DNA of 64,000 nucleotides from Octopus vulgaris (Eukaryota): NCBI GenBank assembly GCA_951406725.2, contig OX597815.1, positions 132,618,001 to 132,682,000 of the forward strand, read 5' to 3'. Shown piece by piece: positions 1 to 13,595 of this stretch (position 1 is its first letter; each line of letters starts with the position of its first letter). The notes under the pieces were generated by a model. It saw only the letters and a program-made list of their open reading frames with translations, ran no database searches and was not told where the DNA came from. The position numbers and the translations under genes were made by a program.

Positions 1-356
1 TCAATGCGACAACGATATCATACACAAAATAGATCAATTGACACAATGTGTTCATCAAAATGCTTAAGAAATTCTCAAATTACATACTCAATACGTGGTT
101 ATAAGCATAAGAATAACATTCTTCCTATTTCGTTATGTTATTGTTTTCTTTCTCGTACGCATATTCACCTAAAAATCAGCAAATGTTAAAGACAACCACT
201 GAGGAATCACTTGTTTGTCATTTAAAGATGGCGAGTTCGAATTTCTTAAATAAATATTTTATACGTAAATTGCATCATTACTTAGACAAATGTATGCAAA
301 TTTGAACAGATTTGCTTTTTCTAGCTGTGTCGGCTGTGAACTGCATAAAATATGAT

Positions 357-537
357 ATTTGACTGCGGGCATGCTGGAGCACCGCTTTTAGTCGAACAAA
401 TCGACTCCAAGACTTATTCTTTGTAAAGCTAGTACTTATTCTATCGGTCTCTTTTGACGAACCGCTAGGTTAAGGGGATGTAAACATACCAACATCGATT
501 GTCATGTGATGGTGGGGGAACAAACACAGACACATTA

Positions 538-591
<54 letters not shown>

Positions 592-754
592 GACAGTTTT
601 TTTTCAGTTTCCGTCTACCAAATCTTCTCACATGACTTTGGTTGGACCTAGGCTATAGCAGTAGACATTTGCTTAAGGTACCATGCAGTGGATCTGAACC
701 CGGAACAATGTGGTTGGGAAGCAAGCTTCTTACCACACAGCCACTTCTGCGCCT
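357..754 (-). mobile_element. tRNA-derived SINE family B (CORE-like segment, internal (TA)n)
   Basis: Minus strand opens AGGCGCAGAAGTGGCTGTGTGGTAAG...CCGGGTTCAGATCC (A/B-box-like). Homologous copies at 7541-7929, 9947-10146, 11731-11891, 31855-32032, 56041-56514; degenerate ones near 26040 and 57120-57785. Confidence 0.85.
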
Positions 755-1191
755 AGAAATATCTAAATTCAAAGGATTACTTCGATTCTATTTTGACGTC
801 GAATATTGATCTTCAGCAATTAATTATCTCTTAGCAACTTGTCCTACAGAATTTCTAATTGTTGATATCTTGTTATTTATTCCAGTATTTGGGGTCCTAA
901 ATACTTTCTTTTAATGTCGCAAGTTGAATTGTTGCAAATATAAACCATTTTTAATGGCATAAATCGAAGTAGATAAAGCTATAAATAGTAGCTTGTAGAA
1001 TATTGGGGGGAAATATCCTTTGACTTATTTTCCAATTGAAGATTTATATCCCAGTATTCTACACACTAGCATTTATAGTTTTATCTACTTTAAGTTCTAC
1101 CGTTAAAATGAGTTGTTCCATATCGGTCAAACTTTCTGCATCCTTATTGTGTGAACAACATTGTAGACATGGTTGAAATATATAAATATTT

Positions 1192-1590
1192 ATTTCTTTA
1201 TTGCACACAAGGGGACAAACAAGGACAGACAAAAGGATTAAGTCTATTTCATCGACCCCAGTGCTTAACTGGTACTTATTTAATCGATCCCGAAAGGATG
1301 AATGGTACAGTCGACCTCGGCGGAATTTGAACTCAGAACGTAACAGCAAACGAAATGCCGCTGAGCATTTCGCCCGTAGTGCTAACAAATATATAAATAT
1401 TAATAAGAATTTATTCTTTTGTACTCTAACCACAAGGACCGAAATATTTGAGGAGGGTGCTAATCGAATAGATCGATTCCAGTATGCAACTGGTACTTAA
1501 TTTTTCGACCCCGAAAGTATGAAAGGCAAAGTTGACCTCAGAACGTAACGGCAGATGAAATACCTCTAAGCATTTCTTTCGGCGTGTTAA
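1192..1590 (-). mobile_element. Two tandem tRNA-SINE family A copies (Meta/MESC-like core)
   Basis: Minus strand has B-box GAGTTCAAATTCC followed by CATCCTTTCGGG.TCGAT-type core; many homologues across the window. Confidence 0.8.
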
Positions 1591-1999
1591 CAAATACATT
1601 AAATTAATAAGAATTTATTCGCCCGCATTGTCAGACACTCGAAAGTTGAACCAACTCACTTACTGTATTTAGTTTAGCATGACGAGATGCCGAGTTCAAA
1701 TTCAGCCGTTTGGGTTTTACCCCTCATCCTTCACCATTTAATACATTGTTTACTTTAATGAAACCCTCTACTTCAGTATATTTGAAACAAATTTAGATGA
1801 TATACTATCTTCGTTGTTAATGTTGAAATGTTATTTATTTGAATGACTTGTAGGGATCTTGACCTTCTGACATTGACTTCCAGCACTTATGTTATGTACT
1901 CCTGTGAGTGGGTGTATGCGCGCGTGCTTGTGTGTGTGTGTGTGTTTCAATATATAAATGCTTGTTACCACATATAACAGAAACTGTTTTTTCTTTCAG

Positions 2000-2210
2000 G
2001 ATGCACATGCCTTGGATGCTGCTCCCCAACAGGATGTGTTTACGTCAACGTTGTCGATCCAATAATGACTGCTGTCGCCGCTATAACATTTGTGACCGTT
2101 GGGCTAAACTCTGCTATGATTGTTGGTATGGACATCCTTGTTCTTCTGACAAAGATTGCTGCCAACGTTATCCAAGATGCAGTCTCTCCAAGGGTACTTG
2201 CACAAATTAA
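2000..2210 (+). CDS. Terminal coding exon of a cysteine-rich peptide with two tandem knottin-like (C-C-CC-C-C) modules
   Basis: Acceptor TGTTTTTTCTTTCAG|G at 1999/2000. Open frame MHMPWMLLPNRMCLRQRCRSNNDCCRRYNICDRWAKLCYDCWYGHPCSSDKDCCQRYPRCSLSKGTCTN* with 12 Cys in two near-identically spaced modules. AATAAA at 2369. Confidence 0.85.
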
Positions 2211-2368
2211 CACCAGTGACTACTTAAACAGAAACACCGCAGACCTTGGACAAATGAACGGCGAGTCCGTTGTGACGTGACAACATATCTCAAAAGACGA
2301 ATGAAAGTGAAAATACCTCCCACCGAAACAATGAAGAATCATCATGCCAAGTTCTTTAATAACACATG

Positions 2369-2374
2369 AATAAA
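2369..2374 (+). terminator. Polyadenylation signal of the knottin-like gene
   Basis: AATAAA about 160 nt after the stop, followed by a T/GT-rich stretch (TTGTTTTCTTT, ~2406-2416). Confidence 0.6.
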
Positions 2375-3844
2375 TCATACATTTTCTCGCGCAGCTTATG
2401 AAACATTGTTTTCTTTACCATACTGTATTTCGTCTCATTGTAGACATAAAATTTGCATTTGCATAACGTATCAAATAATGTCATGGTCTGAATTTGATGT
2501 AACTCTCATAATTTGAGCCGTCAGTAAATAATTCTCAATTGTCTTCGATAGCTACTAATCATGAGATAACCCATTTATTCCACAGGAAAAGTAAAGGTAA
2601 CATGCACTAAAATATACGATTATATCCTGAAGTCAAGAAGATTATAAACAACAACATCAAAGTACTAAAAATATATCTTTTACTCTTTTCTTCTATTTTA
2701 TGTATCGTATACGTGAGAAAATTGAAGTATATATATATTTATCATTAAAGTAAAATCTTCGAAAACAAATGTTTTGTCTGGTGAAATATTGTTGTTCACA
2801 CTACCCACGGAAATAAATATCAGTTGAAATTACACAGTTATATCACTCTATTTTTAATTTAATTTAATAAAGTAGCCCCTCTCTCCGGTGGTTAATCACA
2901 GAACTTGTCGTACAACCTGCTGAAGAATCAATCGTTGGTTCATCTACCATCACGCGTGCAGCAATATTGCTGTTATCATAATACACAGCTACTGAGTAAC
3001 AAAGACTCAATGCATTTCAAAAGTGTTTCATTATATACAATGCGATTTTGACACATCTTTCAGAGAAAATGACATTTGGTGCATAACAGCTCCATATCAA
3101 ACGTAAGAATTTTCCCATATTCCCTGTACAAAGACGAGGTTTAGACATTCAAAACAGTCGTAGTAAAACATAGAAAATCTTGTGGGTACTACATACAAGT
3201 ACAACATACAACATACAGAACAAATCAAATCTGCAGCCTGCTGTCGCATTAAAAGCTATAAACATTTAATATCTTCAGCATAGTGTAAGATTGTATTGCA
3301 ATATTAAGTCCAAATTATCATTGTTTTTTTTTCAATTCTTGTACTTAGCAACGAAATTAATTTTCATCAGTTATAAAAATACTGTGTCCATTCCAAGCAT
3401 AAAGTAATTATTTTCCAAAAAATTAAAAATTTTAATTGCGCAAAGTGTATCCTACGGTCTTCATTGAATATGATGTCGTTTTTGATTTCAGTCCGTAACA
3501 TCTACTGATCTAACGACAGCTACGCGGGAACAAACTGTTAAAATGAAATTAATAAAGACAACATTTGACCTTTAAATAAAAACCATCAAATAGCAAATGT
3601 TGAAAGTGTGTAGAAGGAGACGAAAAGATTAGCGATCTGTTTAGTGAATCCAGTAAAGTAAGTAGAAAAAACAATATAAATGCAGGTATTACTGCGTGAT
3701 GTGCATTGGAATGTTAGTCGAATTTACGGATACACAGTGACAAAAAATACTATTAACAAACGCCAAAGGCTGTGCTGGAAAACAATAATTACATATATAT
3801 TTGTTTTGCAAGATTCTTGATGTGAAATCTTGTGTTGAAACAGA

Positions 3845-4418
3845 TGTTGTTGTTTTTAGGAATGGTCATGTTGCCAGTTTAGCCAATACAAACACACGCA
3901 CTGATAACAATATAAACAAAACTAAAAACAATAAAATACACAGATGAACAAATGGAATTAAATAACTACATACATTAACAAAATTCAAATAAAAAATTCA
4001 ATTAAATACAAATAAGATAAGTAGGTGTAAACACATGAACAAAATAAACAAAAAACAAATTATACAAACGTGTATAAACAGGAGATGCAAATATCACAGC
4101 CCCCTCCCACACACACACACACACTAACTAAACATAGACACGCATAGGGTTATACGCATGCACAAATAAAGACACATATAATAGGAATACAAAATACAAA
4201 ATGGCTGACCGCTATTAAGGAGAGACGCACAAATAAGAAAGAAGAAAGCAAAGGACTACTGATGAGGTCACAGAAGTGTGACGAAAGAACTCTGGCCGAA
4301 ATAAGATTAAAATTAATGTAAAAAATAAATAAAGCTGAAGCAAATTAACACCAAATATATAGTGCGTGTGTTTTTATTGGCTAAACTGGCAACATGACCA
4401 TTCCTAAATACAACAACA
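3845..4418. mobile_element. Non-coding element bounded by ~58-bp inverted repeats and containing a hammerhead-like motif (probable PLE pseudo-LTR derivative)
   Basis: 3845-3902 (...AGGAATGGTCATGTTGCCAGTTTAGCCAATACAAACACACGCACT) is the near reverse complement of 4361-4418. CTGATGA...GAAA motif at 4259-4286. Confidence 0.55.
4253..4297 (+). ncRNA. Minimal type I hammerhead-like motif
   Basis: GG(A)CTA-CTGATGA-G-GTCAC-AGAAGT-GTGAC-GAAA-GAAC-TC-TGGCC: intact core, 5-bp stem II, minimal stem III. Confidence 0.5.
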
Positions 4419-4529
4419 ATAATTACATAATTTCTTATGATAACATGAAAAAAAGTAACCATTCTAATGAAGCAACGAGACCAGATAAGTTTGGCGCGGA
4501 CAAAAAATAACAATATTCGTTCATAGACT

Positions 4530-4790
4530 TTGCAATATCATATAGCACTAGATTGAGTACCAAACAGCGTGAGAAAATCGAAAAATATCAGACCCAAATC
4601 AGAGAGAAGAAAAAATTGTGGATGACGAAGTTACAATTATTATTGTATTAAATGGTGCACGTAGCAAAATAGCCAGAATTTAAGAGGATAAAGAATAGTG
4701 CAGTTAATACACGCACTGGCAACATGCAGAAAAGTGCTATATTCTATTCTGCCAAGAGTTCTAAGAAAGATTTGTGAGATTCATAGCTAC
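4530..4790 (+). pseudogene. Degraded C-terminus (RLE endonuclease region) of an R4/Dong-like non-LTR retrotransposon
   Basis: Broken frames give KQREKIEKYQ..KKLW, IIIVLNGA and MQKSA..; these resemble the EKxxKY..LW..IPIVIGALG..LQKxxxLxxAxILR tail of R4-clade ORFs. Confidence 0.5.
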
Positions 4791-4914
4791 TTGCTGTCAA
4801 GATGCTTGAAGAAAATATCGCTTTTAAGTGAAGTGTCATAAATAGGTAAATAATGATGACAATGTTAATGATGACGATAATGAAAATAATAATGATATTA
4901 ATAATTATAATTAT

Positions 4915-5120
4915 TCTTCCTACTAAAGGCACAAGGGCTGAAATTTCGCTGGAGGGATTAAGTTGATTATATCAACCTCAGTACTGCACTGGTAATTATT
5001 TTGCGATCTCATAAGATGAAAGGCAAAGTCGACATCGGCTGAATTTCAACGCAGAGCGTAATGACGTGCGAAATAGCGCTAAATATTTCATCCAGCGTGC
5101 TAATGATTCTCCCAGCTCAC
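4915..5120 (-). mobile_element. tRNA-SINE family A copy
   Basis: GGCACAAGG...GATGAAAGGCAAAGTCGAC...GCGTGCTAATGATTCT matches the other family A copies. Confidence 0.75.
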
Positions 5121-5152
5121 AGTCGTTATACTACTACTACTACTACTACTAC

Positions 5153-5212
<60 letters not shown>

Positions 5213-5322
5213 TAATAAAAATAGGCATAACAACAACGTGAACTTCCAACCTGTTGTCTCTTGAGGTCCCTGGGTGAGACTTGGAGCCAACTTGTACAGA
5301 CATGAAGCAAAAGTCAAACATA

Positions 5323-6179
<857 letters not shown>

Positions 6180-6188
6180 GTAATAGTA

Positions 6189-6934
<746 letters not shown>

Positions 6935-6969
6935 TGATGATGATGATGATGATGATGATAGTAATAATT

Positions 6970-7409
6970 GTTTCAAACTTTGCCACAAGGTCAGCAATTT
7001 TAGGGTAGGAGACCAGTTGATTACATCGACCGCAGTGTTCATCTGGTACTTATTTTATCGACCCAGAAAGGACAAAAGGCAAAGTGGACCTCGGCGGAAT
7101 TTGAACTCAGGACGTAGCGACGGGCGAAATACTGCTAAGCGTATCACTCGGCGTACTAAAGATTCTGCCAGCTCGCCGCTTTAATAATAAAAATAACCCT
7201 TTCTATTATCGGCAAAGGCCTGACATTTTGGAAAGAAGACTAGTCGATTACATCGTTCCTATCATTTCAGTGGTAATTCATTTATCGACCCCGAAAGAAT
7301 GAAAGGTAAAGTCGACCTCGGCGGAATTAGAACTCTGAAGGTAGCGGTAGGCGAAATACTGCTAAGTATTTCTACCGGCGTGCTAACGATTCTGCCAGGT
7401 CACTGCCTT
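6970..7409 (-). mobile_element. Two head-to-tail family A SINEs
   Basis: Two copies of the ATCGACCC.GAAAG...GACCTCGGCGGAAT...CTGCCAG core. Confidence 0.85.
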
Positions 7410-7410
7410 G

Positions 7411-7929
<519 letters not shown>

Positions 7930-8758
7930 AAATATATGTGTATATATATGGTGTGTGTGTGTGTGTGTGTGTACATATACGTATATATGCATACATATAT
8001 GTATGTGTGTATGTATGCATGTATGTATGTATGTATGTATGTATGCGTGTGTGTATGTATGTATGTATGTATGTATGTATGTATGTATGTATGTATGTAT
8101 GTATGTATGTATGCATGCATGCATGTATGTATGTATAAACGTATAAAATTTTATTTCGTAAAGCACTATTTCGAAAGTGAAGACATAATTAATTTATCGG
8201 AAAACGAAGCCCAGATTTGCCATGTGTTGCAATATATATTCTATAATGATTCCCTAAGCAGATATAAACATTTCCTGCTAAGGCAAGCGTAAGTAAAAAC
8301 GTGTTTTTGTTCACACATAGGTGAAACGCTTGTAAGGGTGAAGCCTGAATGAGTATCGTGTTTATGACTTCAGTGCTTGTCGCTTTGAACGTTTTCTATA
8401 TGAAAGCAATTTATAATTTATATAATAACACTGAGGAAGATTTCATTTATGTAATTAATATCTATACAGTACGGAAGACTGTCTATTAGAAATAGAGCGG
8501 AATATTTTACTTTTAACGGCGCCATTTCAGTAACTGATATTAAGTGACTTGGGCATAATTAAATCAGAAGAAAAGAGGAAATTATATATATTTTAGAGAT
8601 TGATAAAATCTGCATATGTGAATAGGTCTCGCTGTTACTAGTTAATAACGAACGATTTTCAACAGCAAAATATGAAACTACATTGCAAATTTGCTTCAAC
8701 AATGTAAACATAAGTATTTATTTCATTCAACGCACGAACTAAACCATGCACATGTGTG

Positions 8759-8807
<49 letters not shown>

Positions 8808-8808
<1 letters not shown>

Positions 8809-8884
8809 TATCTGCATGTTTTGTTTTCCCATTTTTGTATCACCTAACTCTCCAGATGTTTTGCGTTCTTGTCCTATTTTGTAT

Positions 8885-8941
<57 letters not shown>

Positions 8942-9700
8942 CGGCGTACCTACACTTTGTTTTATCATATGTAAGTATAGATTTTTCTAAATCTTGTACG
9001 ACTCTACTTCTGTCTATCAGCCCTTTCACGCTTATAGGTTCATTCCACTCTTCGTTCTTTCGGTCCCCCTCTCTCATATCTCTTTGCCTACTCTTCTTGC
9101 TCACTTCCCCCCACTCTTTTCACTTCACCGTGTCCCTGTCATTTATTTTTTCTCACCCCTTATTAATTCTTCTGTCCCTCTGCCTCTACCTCTCTCTCTC
9201 TCTCTTCTCTTCCCACGTGACCGGCATTCAGCCAAGCCTGATCTTTCTTTCTTGGTCTGGCCGTTGTCCGTGCAACATCAATATTCCTCCCTGTGACTGT
9301 GAAATCTTGTATCCCTGCCGTAAGGCTTCATACCCACACACGCCAGATTAACTTAATTCGTCCTTAGTCGAAAGACACCTTGTTTTTTTGTCCTGTTATC
9401 ATTTTTATTGTATCTATGCAACATTGTCCGTTGTTTTTCGTTCTTGTTCTTGTATACATTCGCTGCTTTCTTCCAAGGAATCTAATGCTCTTAGCTAGTT
9501 TTCCTTGGAGCTGGCTAGATTGGAGCAATCTCGAATATAATCAGCCGAAATTGCGAAGATCATCTGGTACTCGACTGAGAAAAGAAAGCTTCGAATGACC
9601 ATTCCTTGTTTTTTTCGTATAGTCTATCTGGAGGCTTTGTTGTTCCACTTTTGTACCACCTAACTGTCCGGATGTTTTGCGTCCTTGTCCCATTTTGTAA
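8808..9700. repeat. Diverged direct repeat (8808-8888 / 9625-9700) bracketing a (TA)n-flanked element of unknown class
   Basis: TTTTGTA(T/C)CACCTAACT.TCC.GATGTTTTGCGT.CTTGTCC shared by both copies. Confidence 0.5.
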
Positions 9701-9716
9701 TTTATATATATATACT

Positions 9717-9829
<113 letters not shown>

Positions 9830-9875
9830 GTATATCGGATGATATGTACACGCACAGATATATATATATATATAC

Positions 9876-9933
<58 letters not shown>

Positions 9934-10200
9934 GAACATACATATAACTCTTTTACTCTTTTAGTTGTGTCAGTCCCTTCAATGCGGCCAGGCTGGAGCA
10001 GCGCCTTTAGTCGAATAAATCAATCCCAGGACTTATTCTTTTTCAGACTAGTACTTACCTAGTACTTTGCCAAACCGCTACGTTACGGGGGACGTAAACA
10101 CCCCAGCATAATTTGTCAAGGAATGGTAGCGGGGAACAAACACAAACCTATATAAAACACACGCACACATATTTATATATATATATATATATATAATTTG

Positions 10201-10241
<41 letters not shown>

Positions 10242-10268
10242 TTATTTATTTGTATTTATATATATATA

Positions 10269-10309
<41 letters not shown>

Positions 10310-10382
10310 GTGTGTGTGTGTGTGTATATATATATATGTGTATATATATATATGTGTGTGTGTATGAATATATATCTTTATA

Positions 10383-10680
10383 TATATAAAACTGAGAATT
10401 TGTGTCTATCTGTCTGTCTGTTTGTGTGTTTCCCTAACACTTGAGAACTACACAACCAATTTCATTCAAATTTTACACATGCCTTACTTAGGGTCCATGT
10501 AGTTTCATGGGCAAAAATAATGTTCAACTTCTTGCCTAGAGCGAGCCCATAGCAATATTATATCTTCTCCACTATTTCAGTATTACGTGTTAAAAGTGAA
10601 ACAAAAATATTTCTCTATTTTATGTCAGATACTTTCACTTTAACATTAAAAATAATAATAAAAATTGAATTATATGTATT
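10383..10680 (+). mobile_element. Non-autonomous Helitron/Helentron-like (HINE) 5' portion
   Basis: TATATAAAA start, (CTGT)n-like tract, then GAACTACACAACCAATTTCATTCAAATTTTACAC, typical of DINE/HINE-type elements. Confidence 0.55.
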
Positions 10681-11375
10681 AAGTAGTAATTAAAATCAAA
10701 CTAAAGTATAATATAATCGTAACATAACAAAAGTAAAAATAGCAATTGTTATAAAATTGCATCAATGACTTGAACTTGAATAAGTGGTTTCATGTGAATG
10801 GGAATAAATTAAAAATAAAATTAGCGTGCAGAAATGGAATAGTCCAGATGGATAATAAAAAATTAAATTAAAGAAAAGACTATTGTCTATAAAGTATACA
10901 ATGTAGAGAAAAAAGAATATTTGAACACATGGAGGAAAGCACCATCGAAAAGTGTCTTGGTGCGACTATGAAAGATATCTAATCAGAGGAAATAAATTCG
11001 CCACAATAAAAGCAAGGGTCGACTCAACGGAGCGTGCAAGGGAGTACTCGACACGAACTTACAAAGTGGAAATATTTTATTTTTACCATTATATCTGGAA
11101 CGTAGGACGTCCCAGAAAAAAATGTTAATGCCCCCCCCTCCCCGAAGTAGAGGTAGGCTGGATTGTAGCCACACTTCTATACAAGAGGGAGGACAAGATA
11201 CAATTGATCGAAATTACAAGAGACTGGCTAACAATTCTAGTCTGTTATATATTTTGAGTATTGTTATCTCTAGCGATATCAAGATATAACTTTGTATTTT
11301 GTATTTTATGTGTAGATGTGTATATATAGATGTACATGTAATATGTACACATATATATGCACATATATACATGCT

Positions 11376-11404
11376 CTAGCACTATGACCCGTCGTTGCCG
11401 GGTC
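11376..11404 (-). mobile_element. Helitron 3' terminus
   Basis: Minus strand GACCCG-GCAACGA-CGGGTC hairpin followed by ATAGTG-CTAG. Confidence 0.6.
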
Positions 11405-11416
11405 TTTATATATATA

Positions 11417-11451
<35 letters not shown>

Positions 11452-11456
<5 letters not shown>

Positions 11457-11636
11457 AGAATTCACAAAAAAACATGAAGACAGATGGTGTAGACAACAAA
11501 CAGATGTATTACTTTAACACACGGTAAGTGAAAAGTCTTTAACGTTTCGAGCCTACGCTCTTCCCCAGAATTGAACGCAGAAAGAAACAAGGATAGAAAA
11601 TGAAGAATGTGTAGTGGCTAGCAATCTATCAAGGCA
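11452..11636 (-). mobile_element. (TA)n-inserted ~190-bp element with a hammerhead-like fold; second copy at 57350-57550
   Basis: Both copies lie between TA tracts and share GGGAGA...AACAGATGTATTA...AAAAGTCTTT.ACGTTTCGAGCCTACGCTCTTC...GGCTA.CAATCTATCA.GGC. Confidence 0.7.
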
Positions 11637-11721
<85 letters not shown>

Positions 11722-11893
11722 TGCATATATACGATGGGTTTCTCTCAGTTTCCGTCTACCAAATTTACTCAAAAGACTTTGGCCGCCAGAGGTTATAGTA
11801 GAAGACAGTTGTCGAAGTGCCACGCAGTGGGACTGAACACGGAACCATGTGATTTTTAAGCAACATACTTACCTCGCAGCCACTCCTGCGCAC

Positions 11894-12052
11894 ATATAAC
11901 ATACAAAAAATAGCACTACTAAGCACCGCACACATCCTACGTAAAACACTTTCAGTACATTGAAAATAAGAGGTCCACAACAAACCCAAGATACACACAG
12001 CTGCGCTCGGTAGTGCAATGAAAGCATATGATAAAGATGAAACTACTGAATA
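11894..12052 (+). mobile_element. 5'-truncated R4/Dong-like retrotransposon 3' end followed by (TAA)n
   Basis: Encodes TYNIQKIALLSTAHILRKTLSVH*; 3'UTR ends AACTACTGAATAATAA; homologous to 42648-42835. Confidence 0.75.
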
Positions 12053-12065
12053 ATAATAATAAAAC

Positions 12066-12165
<100 letters not shown>

Positions 12166-12166
12166 G

Positions 12167-12206
<40 letters not shown>

Positions 12207-12220
12207 TGATGATGATGATG

Positions 12221-12320
<100 letters not shown>

Positions 12321-12941
12321 TAATAAATGCCCTTATGCAGTACCAGACAGTGGCTCTCTTGGCTTCTCATCTTAACTGATTGGAAGTCTTATCGTGTACA
12401 TGGTTTTGTCTTGGTATAAAAGATAGGATATAGCAAATATTCTGCTCAATACCACAGATTTGCTTGTCAGTTGTTTGACTTTAACCAGTTGAGCATGTCC
12501 CTTAGTGGCTGAAGATATGTGCATCTCTAATCACGAGTTAAGTAGTGGGGGAGCATCATAACCATATGTTGAGAAGGATTCTTTGGGGTTTGAATAATTC
12601 ACCTCAGGAAACATGGGTGTTTTGTTCAACATCCTTAAACATCCTTATTCAGGGACCTTTTGAGCGGGATGGGTTACTCGACCAGAAGAAAAATCCAACT
12701 GGGCCACACCCGCAAGTTCATGTGCTGTTTATCTTGATATGAGATCACCATGTCGCATACATATGGTTGATATATATATTTATATATATTAATATATATA
12801 TATTCCAAGATTAAATAAAACGGAGAATATGACAAACTTATATATATAATTCAAAAATACGTGTAGTAAATAAACAAACGAACATATAATGAATACACAA
12901 GGGAACAGAAAACACAGAAGGTCACCAATTCTTCATCAGCC

Positions 12942-12991
<50 letters not shown>

Positions 12992-12993
<2 letters not shown>

Positions 12994-13408
12994 CAAAGTA
13001 AGCAACAGGATATCAAGTCGTGATGCTGCGCGACCGTTTCAAGCGGCTCCATTTAATTGAGCAATGTAATAATTACATTAATTTAAATGCAGTGCCATCT
13101 GCTGCACAAATGAATAAATAGAATTTTAACAAGTAGGGCACATTAAAATATTTGAGAAAAATTATATGAATGTACCTACTGGTCAAAATTCTATCTATTT
13201 ATTTGTCAAGCTGAGGATAGCACTGCACTTAAATTGATGTAATGGTTGCATTGTTCAATTAAATGGAGCCACTTGAAACGGTCGTACTACATCACTACTT
13301 GCTATCCTGTTATTTTGATGATATTCACCTTACTTCGAGCTCTGCGGACAATACCGGACTGACTTGATACTTCAACTTAATTGCATGATTCAACTGAATC
13401 TCAATTAC
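12992..13408. mobile_element. Imperfect fold-back element with an asymmetric tail; related copy at 59634-60112
   Basis: Arms with CCGTTTCAAGCGG / CC(A/G)CTTGAAACGG in both copies; shared tail CCT.ACTTCGAGC...ACCG...AACTGAAT.TCAATTA. Confidence 0.7.
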
Positions 13409-13426
13409 ATATATGCGCGCGCGCGC

Positions 13427-13493
<67 letters not shown>

Positions 13494-13510
13494 TGTGTAT
13501 GTGTGTGTAG

Positions 13511-13595
13511 GGGTTTATGTAGTGACAGTCGTGTTGCACAACTGACAACTGTTAATTGTATCAGTTGTGGAATACGGCTGTCACTACATAAGCCT
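13511..13595 (+). ncRNA. Candidate structured RNA hairpin (pre-miRNA-like geometry)
   Basis: About 35-bp stem with four G-U pairs and one G.G mismatch; 15-nt loop. Confidence 0.35.

Noticed and set aside
1908-1999. N-terminal MGVCARACVCV... of the ORF-track knottin ORF
   Set aside because: Translation of an intronic (TG)n tract upstream of a clear splice acceptor; not a signal peptide.
7299-7400. Recurrent peptide MKGKVDLGGI
   Set aside because: Antisense translation of the family A SINE core, not a protein domain.
8315-8362. GAAACGCTTGTA...CCTGAATGA as a permuted hammerhead
   Set aside because: Core spacing is wrong and stem II is unconvincing.
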